From: Acaryochloridaceae cyanobacterium VAR_48_metabat_390
GTDB lineage: Bacteria; Cyanobacteriota; Cyanobacteriia; Thermosynechococcales; Thermosynechococcaceae
Reading direction: 5' to 3'
Length of the DNA: 64,000 nt
Assembly (NCBI GenBank): GCA_031422435.1
Contig: JANPLU010000016.1
Span: 1 to 64,000 of the forward strand
Shown: positions 26,500-36,497 of the stretch, piece by piece
Numbering within the stretch: the stretch's first letter is position 1
Layout of the letters: every line of letters begins with the position of its first letter
The notes under the pieces: model-generated
Told to the model about the DNA's origin: nothing
What the model saw: only the letters and a program-made list of their open reading frames with translations
Databases searched by the model: none
Translations under genes and position numbers: made by a program

Positions 26500-27336
26500 A
26501 TGAAGCTTGCGCCTCTATTCTTGTCGGTAATTTGCTTGCAAAGCAGCTTTGTGGCGATCGCGCTTACGCCATTGTCGCCCTCAACAGCTCTTGCAGAAGG
26601 CATCTCATCTCAACCTAAAATTAAACCCCTTTCAGGCCGCGTTAACCTCCAATCAAAAACCGCTGTTCTGCGCTTTGGTAAACAAGGGGCGGCGTTTCCA
26701 GATTATAAGGAAGCCGTTATTCGCTACCCAGTGGCATCAGGGTTGACGAATGCTGCCATTTTGAAACAGGTGCAGGTAGCCATCAGCCTTAAACAGGTTT
26801 TAGGGCAATCCCTAGAAGAAATGCGGCAAGAGTATGTCGAAAATCATTGGCTGACTGAGATTGAGTACGCCGTTAACTACAACCGCAACAACATTTTGGA
26901 TCTCACTTACGCGGTTTCGGGGGTCGGTGCTTACCCTAGCGGGTTTGAAAAATGGGTATCTGTCGATCTTAAAACAGGGAAGAGGCTACGAGCCAAAGAT
27001 TTATTTAAGGCGGAGGAGTTGGGGGTGATCGCCCAATCTATCGACCAGCAAATGCAGCAGAATATTCGGCAAAAGATTGCAGAAGTTCGTCAGCAAGAGC
27101 CTGACCTTGGCCTAGATGCTTTTGCCAACCATCGTTTTCAGACCAAAAACCTTGAAAACTTCACCATTGGCAAAACGGGCGTTACCTTTCACTATAACTT
27201 TGAGTTTCCCCACGTCATCAAAGCGGCTGAGCCATCGGGAAATTATCTGATGCCCTACAGCCAGCTAACGCGCTACATCCGACCAGAGGGTGCGCTGGGT
27301 TTTCACCTTAGTTCTACAAAGCCAGCTCAACAATGA
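26500..27336 (+). CDS. Secreted protein, DUF3298/RsiV-PdaC-like
   Basis: Signal peptide; I.YP, Y.VNYN..NIL.L, GAYP, DLKTG..L...DLF, F.I...GV.F.Y pattern. Confidence 0.65.
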   Translation: MKLAPLFLSVICLQSSFVAIALTPLSPSTALAEGISSQPKIKPLSGRVNLQSKTAVLRFGKQGAAFPDYKEAVIRYPVASGLTNAAILKQVQVAISLKQVLGQSLEEMRQEYVENHWLTEIEYAVNYNRNNILDLTYAVSGVGAYPSGFEKWVSVDLKTGKRLRAKDLFKAEELGVIAQSIDQQMQQNIRQKIAEVRQQEPDLGLDAFANHRFQTKNLENFTIGKTGVTFHYNFEFPHVIKAAEPSGNYLMPYSQLTRYIRPEGALGFHLSSTKPAQQ

Positions 27337-28120
27337 CGGGCGTATGATCACTAGGCTGAGGCAGCGATCGCGGTTCTTTGTCAATGACGCACCCTACCGC
27401 CTTCTCGTAAAGATCTGGCGTAAGGTAATGATGATCAATTCGCCAGCCCAAATTGCGCCGAAACGAAGCTGCACGGTAATCCCACCAGCTATAGTGGCCT
27501 GTTTCTTCCGTAAACTTGCGAAAAGCATCGGCAAACCCAATATCTAGCACAGACTGAAGCACCGTGCGCTCTACTGAGGAGGCCATAATATGGTCTTCTT
27601 TGTTGTCTGGCTCACAGATGTCGCGGTCTTCTAGAGCAATATTAAAATCCCCACACATCAAGATGGGTTGGCCTTCTGCTTTGAGCTGGGTCAGGTACTG
27701 CTGCAATATGCCAAACCAGCGCAGCTTGTATTCATATTTTTCGCTGCCCACTGAAGACCCATTGGGCACATAGAGATTTACAAGGCGAATCCCTGGCGCT
27801 ATGACGCCTGCAATCACCCGCTTCTGCGCATCAAGCTGTTGGGCATCTTCTAAGGCATCTGTGCCGCCTAGGACTGGGCTGAAGCCGTAGGTGACGTTCT
27901 CTAGAGGCAGACGGCTAATCAGCGCAACGCCATTGTAAGATTTTTGCCCAGAAATGTAGAGATGATAGCCTTTTTCCTCAAAGGGAGATCGCGGAAACAC
28001 CTCATCTGGCACCTTTGTTTCCTGAACGCACAGAACGTCTACCGCACTACTCTCTAGCCAATCTAAGACATGGGTAAGGCGAGAGCGAATGGAGTTGACG
28101 TTCCAGGTGGCAATTTTCAT
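27314..28120 (-). CDS. xth: Exodeoxyribonuclease III
   Basis: MKIATWNVNSIR, QETK, GQKSYNGVA, YVPNG, GDFN, YSWWDYR, GWRIDH, PSDHTPV. Confidence 0.97.
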   Translation of the reverse strand: MKIATWNVNSIRSRLTHVLDWLESSAVDVLCVQETKVPDEVFPRSPFEEKGYHLYISGQKSYNGVALISRLPLENVTYGFSPVLGGTDALEDAQQLDAQKRVIAGVIAPGIRLVNLYVPNGSSVGSEKYEYKLRWFGILQQYLTQLKAEGQPILMCGDFNIALEDRDICEPDNKEDHIMASSVERTVLQSVLDIGFADAFRKFTEETGHYSWWDYRAASFRRNLGWRIDHHYLTPDLYEKAVGCVIDKEPRSLPQPSDHTPVIVELAL

Positions 28121-28141
28121 GGAGTCCTGACCAATGACCAT

Positions 28142-28173
28142 AAAAAAAGAAGGCTCCAAACTTTGGAACCCTC
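28142..28173 (-). terminator. Terminator downstream of tRNA-Glu
   Basis: Minus strand GAGGGTTCCAAA-G-TTTGGAGCCTTC followed by T7. Confidence 0.8.
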
Positions 28174-28182
28174 TCTTGAAAG

Positions 28183-28255
28183 TACCCCCAGGGGAATTCG
28201 AATCCCCGTCGCCTCCGTGAAAGGGAGGTGTCCTAGGCCTCTAGACGATGGGGGC
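28183..28255 (-). tRNA. trnE: tRNA-Glu (TTC), CCA not encoded
   Basis: GCCCCCATCGTCTAGAGGCCTAGGACACCTCCCTTTCACGGAGGCGACGGGGATTCGAATTCCCCTGGGGGTA; cloverleaf with TTC anticodon and TTCGAAT T-loop. Confidence 0.98.
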
Positions 28256-28354
28256 AAGTGACTTTCAACGTTTATCAATTTACCGAGTTTTAGTACCTTC
28301 TGTCAACCCCCCATGACCTTTTTCTTCGAGATGATGGGGGAAAGCCCTTTTTGG

Positions 28355-28984
28355 CTAAAGAATGTACAAAAGCAGAAACAGCAGCACCCAAATGACATCT
28401 ACAAAGTGCCAGTAAATTTCAGCCGCCTCTACCCCAAAGTGCTTCTCTGAAGAGTAGTGACCAGGTGTGCGCGATCGCCACAGTACAATCGACATCAAAA
28501 TCACGCCCACCATAACGTGCAGGCCATGAAACCCGGTCAAAACATAGAACGTGCTGGAGAAGAGGTTTGTTTTAAGGCCAAATTCGAGGTGGGCGTACTC
28601 GTAAAGCTGACCCGCCAAAAACGTGATCCCCATCGCCATTGTGATTAGGAACCAGCGACGCATTCCGGCAATGTCATTGGCTTTGACCGCATCATCGGCT
28701 TTATGGATAACAAGGCTGCTAGAAAGCAGGATAACGGTGTTGATGCCAGGCAGCAGCAGCTCTAAGTCTGGCGTGCCTGCGGGAGGCCAGCTCGTGGCGA
28801 CAGACCGAAAGGTGAGATAGGCCACAAACAGCCCCAGAAAGAGCATACTTTCTGAGGTCAGAAATAAGATAAACCCAAACAGTCGGAGATCGGGGTGTTC
28901 GGCGTGCTGTGAAGCAGCGGCAGGCGCAGCGGCTTCTGAATGCGTTAGATCGATAGAGCTTTGGTCAGCGATGGAACCTTGCAT
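28355..28984 (-). CDS. ctaE: Cytochrome c oxidase subunit III
   Basis: FL.SE.MLF, NT.ILLSSS, TGFHGLHV, YWHFVDVIW. Confidence 0.96.
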   Translation of the reverse strand: MQGSIADQSSIDLTHSEAAAPAAASQHAEHPDLRLFGFILFLTSESMLFLGLFVAYLTFRSVATSWPPAGTPDLELLLPGINTVILLSSSLVIHKADDAVKANDIAGMRRWFLITMAMGITFLAGQLYEYAHLEFGLKTNLFSSTFYVLTGFHGLHVMVGVILMSIVLWRSRTPGHYSSEKHFGVEAAEIYWHFVDVIWVLLFLLLYIL

Positions 28985-29037
28985 GGGTCTTTATCCAATT
29001 TTCCTTGCTTAGGAGTAGCAGCGAATTGACTGAAATG

Positions 29038-29068
29038 GTGGGTTGGGTGAGCAGAGCCGAACCCAACC
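29038..29068. repeat. REP-like hairpin between ctaD and ctaE
   Basis: GTG-GGTTGGGT...ACCCAACC; resembles GTAGGTTGGGT..ACCCAAC REP palindromes. Confidence 0.55.
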
Positions 29069-29079
29069 GATGCAGAGAA

Positions 29080-30723
29080 TCAAGAAACTAAAGCCTCTTC
29101 TTCCTCTTCGTAACCATAGTCATATGGGCCAGTGGTTAAAACCGGATCGACGTGAAAGTTTTCGACGGGAGGTGGGGAAGTGGTGAGCCACTCTAGCGTA
29201 AGCGCATTCCAAGGGTTGTCGCCTGCAATCTTGCCCTTAGACCAGCTCCAAATGGCGTTAATGACAAAAGGAATGGTGGAAACAGCCAGAATGTACGACC
29301 CAATCGTGCAAATCATATTGATGGTCGCAAACTTAGGGTCATATTCGGCAACGCGGCGGTTCATGCCCTGAAGCCCCAAGACGTGCATGGGTAAAAAGGT
29401 TAGGTTAAAGCCGACAAAAGTGAGCGCAAAGTGAATTTTGCCCCAGGTTTCATCAAGTAATCGACCCGTAATTTTGGGGAACCAGTGATACATCCCCGCG
29501 TAGATGCCGAAGACACTGCCGCCAAAGAGAACGTAGTGAAGGTGAGCCACAATGAAGTAGGTGTCGTGGACATGGATATCAAAGGGTACAGAGGCAACCA
29601 TGATGCCGCTCAGCCCACCCACCACAAACATTGAGACAAAGCCGATCGCAAACAGCATGGCAGAATTAAGGCGCAGTTTGCCGCCCCAAATGGTTGCCAC
29701 CCAGCTAAAGACCTTGATCCCCGTCGGCACTGCAATCACCATGGTGGCAATCATAAAGAACATCCGCAGCCAGTCAGGGGTACCGCTGGTGAACATGTGG
29801 TGCGCCCATACAATCAAGCCCAAAAAGCTGATGGCAATACTGGAATAGGCGATCGCCAAGTATCCAAAAATCGGCTTACGGGCATGGACGGGCAGAATCT
29901 CAGAGATCATGCCAAAGGCCGGCAAAATCATAATGTAGACCGCCGGATGCGAGTAAAACCAGAACATGTGCTGGTAAACAATCGGGTCGCCGCCGCCTGT
30001 GGGGTTAAAAAATGCCGTGCCTACTAAAAGGTCAAAGCCCAGCAAAATCATTGCGCCCGTCAGCACGGGTGTCGCCGTGAGCTGAAGTGCTGAAGTTGCC
30101 AACATCGCCCAGCAAAACAGGGGCATCTTCTTGATGGGCATACTGGGGATCCGCATCTTCAGAATGGTCACGACGAAGTTTAGCCCCGCCATAATCGAAG
30201 AGGTGCCCAGCACAATCACGCCTGCAATCCAGATTGCTTCCCCTGCTTTATTGACCGTTAGGCTCAGCGGTGGGTAAGAGGTCCATCCGGCGCTGGCTGG
30301 GCCTACAAAAAAGCTGCACAACAGCAGAATTCCGGCAGGGGGGATCATCCAGAAGGCGATCGCATTTAGCCGAGGAAAGGCCATATCCCGCGCCCCAATC
30401 ATGAGGGGAATCAGGAAGTTACCGAATCCTCCCGTTAGCGTGGGGATAATCCACAAAAAAATCATGATGGTGGCGTGGATGGTGAAGAGCGCGTTGTAGG
30501 TTTCACGACTGACAAAATCTACTTGAGGCGTTGCCAGCTCAGTCCGCACCAGCTCCGCTAAAACGCCACCAATGAGATAAAACACAAAGCTGGTAACAAG
30601 GTATTGAATGCCGATGACCTTATGGTCGGTGCTAAAGCTAAAATACTCCCGCCAGTTTGAGCCATTATCAGCCTCTACTAGGGGTTCAAGCTGCCTTGGG
30701 TCTGACAGTTCGGCTTGGGTCAT
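29080..30723 (-). CDS. ctaD: Cytochrome c oxidase subunit I (A2-type)
   Basis: TDHKVIG, DMAFPRLN, WFYSHPAVY, WAHHMF, HDTYFIVAHLHY. Confidence 0.98.
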   Translation of the reverse strand: MTQAELSDPRQLEPLVEADNGSNWREYFSFSTDHKVIGIQYLVTSFVFYLIGGVLAELVRTELATPQVDFVSRETYNALFTIHATIMIFLWIIPTLTGGFGNFLIPLMIGARDMAFPRLNAIAFWMIPPAGILLLCSFFVGPASAGWTSYPPLSLTVNKAGEAIWIAGVIVLGTSSIMAGLNFVVTILKMRIPSMPIKKMPLFCWAMLATSALQLTATPVLTGAMILLGFDLLVGTAFFNPTGGGDPIVYQHMFWFYSHPAVYIMILPAFGMISEILPVHARKPIFGYLAIAYSSIAISFLGLIVWAHHMFTSGTPDWLRMFFMIATMVIAVPTGIKVFSWVATIWGGKLRLNSAMLFAIGFVSMFVVGGLSGIMVASVPFDIHVHDTYFIVAHLHYVLFGGSVFGIYAGMYHWFPKITGRLLDETWGKIHFALTFVGFNLTFLPMHVLGLQGMNRRVAEYDPKFATINMICTIGSYILAVSTIPFVINAIWSWSKGKIAGDNPWNALTLEWLTTSPPPVENFHVDPVLTTGPYDYGYEEEEEALVS

Positions 30724-30803
30724 ATAGCGATCCTTAAAAACTTACAAACGGAGCAGGGGGAGCTAAATCTAAATCTCTCAGAATCTCTTAGAATCCTTTA
30801 GGA

Positions 30804-31820
30804 CTAGAGAGACTGTGCAATCTGGACAACTTCAGCCATCGAAATCGCTTCATGACGTAAGTGATTCATCACGGAATGGTCAGAACCAAAGCCCATTGCT
30901 TTAACTTGAGAAGCCATTGCCTCGTCGTGAATCAGCGCTGCAACCGTGACTGGATCTTTTGTTGCAACGGTCTTTTGGCTCTCTTCCCAAGCCTGATACT
31001 CCTCTGGAGACTGCACAATCACCCTTGTATTCATGCCGCCGTGGTAAGCACCACAGAGTTCTGCACAAATTAAAGGATAGGTGCCGATGCGGTTGGGCGT
31101 AAAGCTAAGGTGCGTTTCTTGGCCTGGAATGGCATCTTGCTTAAGGCGAAACTCAGGCACCCAGAAGGCGTGGATCACGTCGTTAGCCGAAATATTGAGG
31201 CGTACCGGACGATTTTGAGGCAGTCTCAATTCTCCAGACACAATGCCCGTCTCAGGATAGGTCATAATCCAGGCATACTGAAGACCTTGGACGTTCACCA
31301 CCAGAGGTTCTTGTGCCGCATTGTCTCCAGAAGAGATAGGAGGTGCTGCTAGAGGGTTAGAGAATAGGCTGCCGCCGCTCGGCATTGCCGCTGCCATTGC
31401 AGATCCAGGCATTGATGCCATAGTGGGGGCGTGCTGATGCGCCATGTGGTTAGAGCCAATGGCGTTACCACCATCTACAGCTTTATAAACATCAAAACTG
31501 TAAACTGCCAGCCACATCACAATGACCGTAGGCACAGCCGTCCATAAAATCTCGAGAGGGACATTGCCTTCAATCGGTGCTGCATCGGTGTCATCTCCAG
31601 GGCGACGACGAAAGAAAAAGACCGAGTACAGAATGGCTCCCTGAACAATAAAAAACAATCCTGCTGAGATTGCCATCATTGCGTTAAACAAATCATCAAT
31701 TTTTTTGGCTTCAAACGATGCGCTGACTGGCATCAGGCCATGATTTTGACCGATCCAGAGGCTTGCCAACGTTAGGGTGATCCCAACCACTAGTGCCGTT
31801 ATTGTGCTTGGAACTTTCAC
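30804..31820 (-). CDS. ctaC: Cytochrome c oxidase subunit II
   Basis: LEILWT, DVIHAFWVP, CuA motif CAELCGAYHGGM; GTG start. Confidence 0.97.
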   Translation of the reverse strand: MKVPSTITALVVGITLTLASLWIGQNHGLMPVSASFEAKKIDDLFNAMMAISAGLFFIVQGAILYSVFFFRRRPGDDTDAAPIEGNVPLEILWTAVPTVIVMWLAVYSFDVYKAVDGGNAIGSNHMAHQHAPTMASMPGSAMAAAMPSGGSLFSNPLAAPPISSGDNAAQEPLVVNVQGLQYAWIMTYPETGIVSGELRLPQNRPVRLNISANDVIHAFWVPEFRLKQDAIPGQETHLSFTPNRIGTYPLICAELCGAYHGGMNTRVIVQSPEEYQAWEESQKTVATKDPVTVAALIHDEAMASQVKAMGFGSDHSVMNHLRHEAISMAEVVQIAQSL

Positions 31821-32443
31821 TGCTATCCTCGACCGTACTGAAAAACGACTGTTGGCTGGCTGCTACATTGCGACTTTAGGTCTTGCTCGGTTTTCTTTGT
31901 AAAACTGTGTTAGAGCAATTTACCTAAGCATGTAGGCTTTAAATATGCTGATGTTATCTCTCAGAGCGAATCAACATACTCTTAATAAGGTAAACCAGTG
32001 TCTCTGAGAAGTGGCATCACACATTACAGGTTGTGACAATTTTCCTGATTTTTTTTGGGATCGGTGTCTGGTCTGAGTGAAAAGGTTAGGTAGGCATCAT
32101 TTTCTCTGCTCTAAGGCGATCATCCATATCATTGTCACTGCTAAGGTCTTCTGCTCCAGTGCTAGAAAAGGCTTGAAGTCTCAGAAGCGGGTAAATCATC
32201 CATTCCTCTTTTACTATTTCTTAGGGTCAACATACCGTTAGATCCAGGCTCTCTTTCTCTAGAAATTGCCACCAAAATTCTGAGTGCTAAATAAGCTACG
32301 GTTGCCTCTCCAAATAACTCTTTACAATGAGAGTATATCTACGCTCTCAACCCCTTCTGCATCAAATATGGATCCCTAAGTCCTCAACGGTAAGCCTTAT
32401 TGCCTTTAAACAGCATCTTTTTACTCATTACCTTTAGTGACTC

Positions 32444-33475
32444 ATGGCTGATAGCTCAATTAACCCGCCCCCTGCGATCTCCTCACTCTCAAAATCACCC
32501 CAGTTAAAATTTCTCAGCTCAACATCGCCGCTGTCAGTGATTCGCAAGATTGTTTATGGTGTAACGGTTGCAACCCTGGCTCTGATGGCGCTTGGCAGCG
32601 CAACTCGAGTGATGAATGCTGGTCTGTCTTGTCCTGACTGGCCGCTCTGTTATGGCGCCTTAGTACCCTCTACACAGATGAACCTTCAGGTATTTTTAGA
32701 GTGGTTTCATCGCCTAGTTGCATCTTCGATTGGGTTTGTAACACTAGGGGTAACGGCAGCCTGCTGGGGCTATCGTAAGGCCTTACCAGGCTGGCTACCC
32801 ATTTCCATCACGCTGAGTTTGGGGATCGTCATTTTACAGGGCATTTTGGGCGGACTCACCGTCACCCAGCTTTTGCGGTTTGATATTGTGACCGCTCATC
32901 TCGCGACGGGGCTACTGTTTTTTTGCAGCATGGCGGTTATCAGCAGCTTCATTATGCCCTACCAAGGGACAGGCGTTGCTGGCAATCTTTACCTGTATGG
33001 GGGGGTGGCAGCGCTCTGCATTTATTTGCAAAGTGTATTGGGGGCGCTGGTCGCTTCGCGGTGGGCGGTGCATCAGTGTTTGGATACGGCACAGCTCTGT
33101 CAGGTGCTTAACAGCCATATGGTTAGCGCGATACCCGCTAGTTTGTCAGTACTGATAGTAGTCTATAAAACGTGGAGAACTGCGGCACTGCATCCTACCC
33201 TGCGCAAGTTGATGCGGATGGCGGTAGGGCTATTAGCGCTTCAGGTTGTGATCGGCGTTTCGACGCTGCGTCTGCACCTTCAGGTGGAGTGGCTGACGGT
33301 GTCTCATCAGGTTATTGGGGCAAGCTTATTCGGGACGCTCGTGCTGTTTAGCATGATTGCCCTGCGTGATCGCACCCAAGCAAACCATTACCTTTTTGCC
33401 ATCCCTTCTTCAGCCGTTGCCGCTAGCGGGAGCATAGGAAGTAGCGGATTTCACTCTTCACCCCTGTCACATTAG
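32444..33475 (+). CDS. ctaA: Heme A synthase (COX15/CtaA)
   Basis: AGLSCPDWPLC, EWFHR, QGILGGLTV, VTAHL. Confidence 0.95.
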   Translation: MADSSINPPPAISSLSKSPQLKFLSSTSPLSVIRKIVYGVTVATLALMALGSATRVMNAGLSCPDWPLCYGALVPSTQMNLQVFLEWFHRLVASSIGFVTLGVTAACWGYRKALPGWLPISITLSLGIVILQGILGGLTVTQLLRFDIVTAHLATGLLFFCSMAVISSFIMPYQGTGVAGNLYLYGGVAALCIYLQSVLGALVASRWAVHQCLDTAQLCQVLNSHMVSAIPASLSVLIVVYKTWRTAALHPTLRKLMRMAVGLLALQVVIGVSTLRLHLQVEWLTVSHQVIGASLFGTLVLFSMIALRDRTQANHYLFAIPSSAVAASGSIGSSGFHSSPLSH

Positions 33476-33564
33476 TGTTGGCACGCAGTCTTCAGTTTAC
33501 TTAAGAATATTGCAGTCAGCCTAAGCAAAGGTTGATTAGCTCATTTTTTGGGAGAGGAGTTTTT

Positions 33565-34551
33565 ATGTTAAAGATCATGCCTGCCGAGACGGTTCTATAC
33601 CGAGCCTCCTTTGCCCTTCGTCTTTTAGACTATTACCAGCTTATGAAGCCTCGGCTCATTCTGCTGTTTCTGATTACCACAGCAGCGAGTATGTGGGTTG
33701 CCTCTCACGGTCAGGTCGATCTTTGGAAATTTTTTGTCACGCTCTTTAGTGGTGCTTGCGCAGCTGGTTCTGCCAATACCATCAACTGTCTTTACGACCG
33801 CGATATTGATGCCATTATGGAGCGCACCAGTACGCGGCCTTTACCTGCGGGGCGCGTGCAGCCTTGGCAGGCGGCAGTGTTTGCGATCGCCCTAGCTGCC
33901 ACGGCGTTCATCCTCTTAGCGCACTTTGTGAATCTGCTGAGCGCTTGGCTTTCGATGTCTGGCATTGCGGTTTACATTGGCGTGTACACCCACTGGCTTA
34001 AGCGCTCCTCCTCTCAAAATATTGTGATTGGCGGTGCGGCAGGTGCGATACCCCCCTTAGTGGGCTGGGCGGCTGCAACGGGGGATCTCAACCTCTCGGC
34101 CTGGGTGCTATTTGCCATTATTTTTGTTTGGACTCCACCCCATTTCTGGCCCCTCGCTATGATGATTGAAGAAGACTATGCCAAGGTCAACATTCCCATG
34201 ATGCCTGTGGTTGAGGGCGCTCGGTCTACGGCGTGGCAAATTTTTTACTACACGCTGCTGCTGCTGCCCGTATCGCTGCTGTTGGTATATCCCTGTGGCG
34301 CGTCGGGCGCACTTTATGGGGCGATCGCCCTTACTCTTGGGGTTTTGTTTATCAAAAAAGCAGTTTGGCTTCTTCAGACCCCCGAAGATAAATCTGTAGC
34401 GCGCTCAGTCTTCAAGTTTTCAATTCTCTACATGATGCTGCTCTGCCTGGGCATGACCATTGACAGCCTACCGTTTGTGCAAAATGCGATGTCTGCACTA
34501 ACTCAGCCCATTCAGGCCATTATCCAGGCTATTCCAATCGTCCATGGATGA
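33565..34551 (+). CDS. ctaB: Heme O synthase (protoheme IX farnesyltransferase)
   Basis: LMKPRL, YDRDIDAIMERT..RPLP.G, LKR, WTPPHFW. Confidence 0.96.
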   Translation: MLKIMPAETVLYRASFALRLLDYYQLMKPRLILLFLITTAASMWVASHGQVDLWKFFVTLFSGACAAGSANTINCLYDRDIDAIMERTSTRPLPAGRVQPWQAAVFAIALAATAFILLAHFVNLLSAWLSMSGIAVYIGVYTHWLKRSSSQNIVIGGAAGAIPPLVGWAAATGDLNLSAWVLFAIIFVWTPPHFWPLAMMIEEDYAKVNIPMMPVVEGARSTAWQIFYYTLLLLPVSLLLVYPCGASGALYGAIALTLGVLFIKKAVWLLQTPEDKSVARSVFKFSILYMMLLCLGMTIDSLPFVQNAMSALTQPIQAIIQAIPIVHG

Positions 34552-34554
34552 TAG

Positions 34555-34594
34555 CAATAATGCCCCAGAAGTAAAGCTTTCTGGGGCATTATTG
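34555..34594. terminator. Bidirectional terminator after ctaB
   Basis: 16 bp perfect inverted repeat CAATAATGCCCCAGAA / TTCTGGGGCATTATTG. Confidence 0.85.
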
Positions 34595-34638
34595 AATTTT
34601 ATGGCTCAATTTTGAATGAGATGAAGTATCGCTAAACC

Positions 34639-35112
34639 CTAGTCAAGGAAGCCCATGAGTTCATAAGGCTCATCAATTTGGTTAGATGCAATTGGACGAT
34701 GATTGGGGAGAGAATCAGAGTTTGGCAGAGGGAATTTTGAGCGAACGACCGGACGATGGTTGGGTAATGTGTCCGTATTCACGATCACAAGCCCCGACTT
34801 TACGATAGGACGATGATTGGGCAACATTTGGTCGTCAACCACAACTAAATGGGCAGAACTAATGGGACGGTATCCAGGATAGTCAGAATCTTCTTTCACA
34901 ATGTCTACCACCGCTGATGAAATAGGCCGCATATTAGGCAAAGAAGAAGGCTGGTAAAGTTCGATGGCTTTCGACTTAGTGGCACTGGATTTACGGCGTC
35001 CAGAAGTCTTGCTTGCCGTGGTCGTGAGGGCGGCGGTTTTGCTGGTTGCCAATTGAGATTGCTCTGCGCCGTTGCTACCTGCCGTTTTGTCTGTGGCGTC
35101 CAACGTTGTCAT
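34639..35112 (-). CDS. Hypothetical protein with five LPNHRPI-type repeats
   Basis: LPNMRPISS, YPGYRPISS, LPNHRPIVK, LPNHRPVVR, LPNHRPIAS; ends LMGFLD. Confidence 0.8.
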   Translation of the reverse strand: MTTLDATDKTAGSNGAEQSQLATSKTAALTTTASKTSGRRKSSATKSKAIELYQPSSLPNMRPISSAVVDIVKEDSDYPGYRPISSAHLVVVDDQMLPNHRPIVKSGLVIVNTDTLPNHRPVVRSKFPLPNSDSLPNHRPIASNQIDEPYELMGFLD

Positions 35113-35258
35113 GACGATTTCCTATCGTAAATCTTTGAGACTAGCTTTAGTAATTCATCATACCCTGATCGGTTCACGCTCTTATGCCGCAAAGTTGAGT
35201 TGCCGGTTGAGTAAATCTTATCGAAGTAGCAGTGACTGATTATCGCTCCATACGTGGC

Positions 35259-35738
35259 CTAGGACAGGGAGAGATCGGATTGAGTGGATGCTTCATGCAG
35301 ATTTTGGGTGTGCAGCTTGGTGATCGCCACCGTCACAGCTCCAAGACCTTGTAATCCCCGAAAGACCTGCTTTGGCACTATCAGGGTTGACCCTAGTTCT
35401 AGACTAGCTTGGGCGGCGGCTCTTAGGGCTGCCGCCTCGCAAACGCTAGACACACCTACGGCAGCTTTGACCACTACGGAAGGATTGGGGACGGTGTACA
35501 GCTCTAGTTCTGCTTGGGTAAAGTAAATCAGCGGCCAGTTTTGAGCAAGGCTAAACTCCAGCAATCTTGGATCTGTTCGTTTAGAGTCTATTGTGGCTAA
35601 TCCGGCGATCCTTGCCCAATCAATAGAATACTGACGGCAGACTATTTGTAGCGCCTGCTCAAAAAAGGAAACTGGCGTTCCTTGTCGGTAGCCTAAACCA
35701 ACCCATAGATTAGCCGTGAGATACAGGGGGGCAATCAC
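35259..35738 (-). CDS. Cobalamin biosynthesis CbiG C-terminal/CobE-like protein
   Basis: LWVGLG..QG, LATIDSK, PNPS.VV...VGV.SVCEAAAL, VTVAI. Confidence 0.85.
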   Translation of the reverse strand: MIAPLYLTANLWVGLGYRQGTPVSFFEQALQIVCRQYSIDWARIAGLATIDSKRTDPRLLEFSLAQNWPLIYFTQAELELYTVPNPSVVVKAAVGVSSVCEAAALRAAAQASLELGSTLIVPKQVFRGLQGLGAVTVAITKLHTQNLHEASTQSDLSLS

Positions 35739-36097
35739 TAAAAAAACGGAAGAAGACTTTTCAACAGCTTACGAAGCCGCAGCAGTTCTACGGCTCGATA
35801 AATTGACGGAGCAAGTCGAGGGGGCACCGCTGCCGCTGTCCCCACCTGAAGCTGCTTTTGTTCATTGGCACTGCTAGTGGCAGACTGTGCTAATCCTGTC
35901 AGTGAGGAGTTGGCTTCGGTCGTGATTTGCGTTTGCAGCATTTCTTCAGGAACATCTTGTGCAACTGTCTCTACCTGAGTCAATCCGCTACGTGGAACCC
36001 CAATCTCCCAGCCCAGTAAAATTGTGGGGGTAAGCAGTGCCAGTCTTATTAAAGACCAGTAAACCAATGAACTGAACTCAATCGTTCTTTTTCCCAT
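35738..36097 (-). CDS. Conserved cyanobacterial hypothetical protein
   Basis: DVPEEML.TQI.TEA.S..TG and LLRLRKLLK.LLPF; stop overlaps the next start. Confidence 0.7.
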   Translation of the reverse strand: MGKRTIEFSSLVYWSLIRLALLTPTILLGWEIGVPRSGLTQVETVAQDVPEEMLQTQITTEANSSLTGLAQSATSSANEQKQLQVGTAAAVPPRLAPSIYRAVELLRLRKLLKSLLPFF

Positions 36098-36168
36098 GGT
36101 TAATTAAGAGGAGCTATTGCTGCTAGTTTAGACTCAAAGGCATTGAAGTCTTAAATGACGTAGCGCTC

Positions 36169-36217
36169 AAAAAAATGTCCCGGCAAAGCTCTCAAAGAGA
36201 GGTTACTGGGACATTTT
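36169..36217 (-). terminator. Terminator downstream of the small lipoprotein genes
   Basis: AAAATGTCCC.G / C.GGGACATTTT stem with a T-run on the minus strand. Confidence 0.7.
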
Positions 36218-36271
36218 AGCTAAACTACAGAATTTTGTAGTCTATAAATCAACCTTTTGTAAGCTGTACTA

Positions 36272-36406
36272 CTACTTAGGAGAAGGAGACATCGCGGGAG
36301 ATGTTGTGGCCGACGGAGAAGCAGCTGGTTCTGATCCACCACCGCAAGCACCCAATGTTGTTGCAATACCTAGTGCAAAAACGATTGCCAAAATTCTAGT
36401 GTTCAT
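36272..36406 (-). CDS. 44 aa lipoprotein not in the ORF track
   Basis: MNTRILAIVFALGIATTLGACGGGSEPAASPSATTSPAMSPSPK; lipobox LGAC, GAGGAG RBS, tandem TAG stops, downstream terminator. Confidence 0.85.
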   Translation of the reverse strand: MNTRILAIVFALGIATTLGACGGGSEPAASPSATTSPAMSPSPK

Positions 36407-36497
36407 GATCTTAGACTCCTCACTACATCAAACGTGAAACTAGGAATATTCTACAAGAAATTTACTTAAACTCGGTTTTTAACCGAATAAAGTTGGG

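Noticed and set aside
28183..28255. tRNA-Glu as an integration site
   Set aside because: It is followed directly by its terminator and xth; no duplicated 3' end or integrase seen.
36098..36270. Cobalamin riboswitch upstream of the cbiG-like operon
   Set aside because: No B12-box or GGGAA/GCCACTG core seen; the hairpin is explained as a terminator.
36259..36272. GTA-N8-TAC match
   Set aside because: It overlaps the stop codons of the 44 aa lipoprotein gene and has no suitably placed -10; likely chance.
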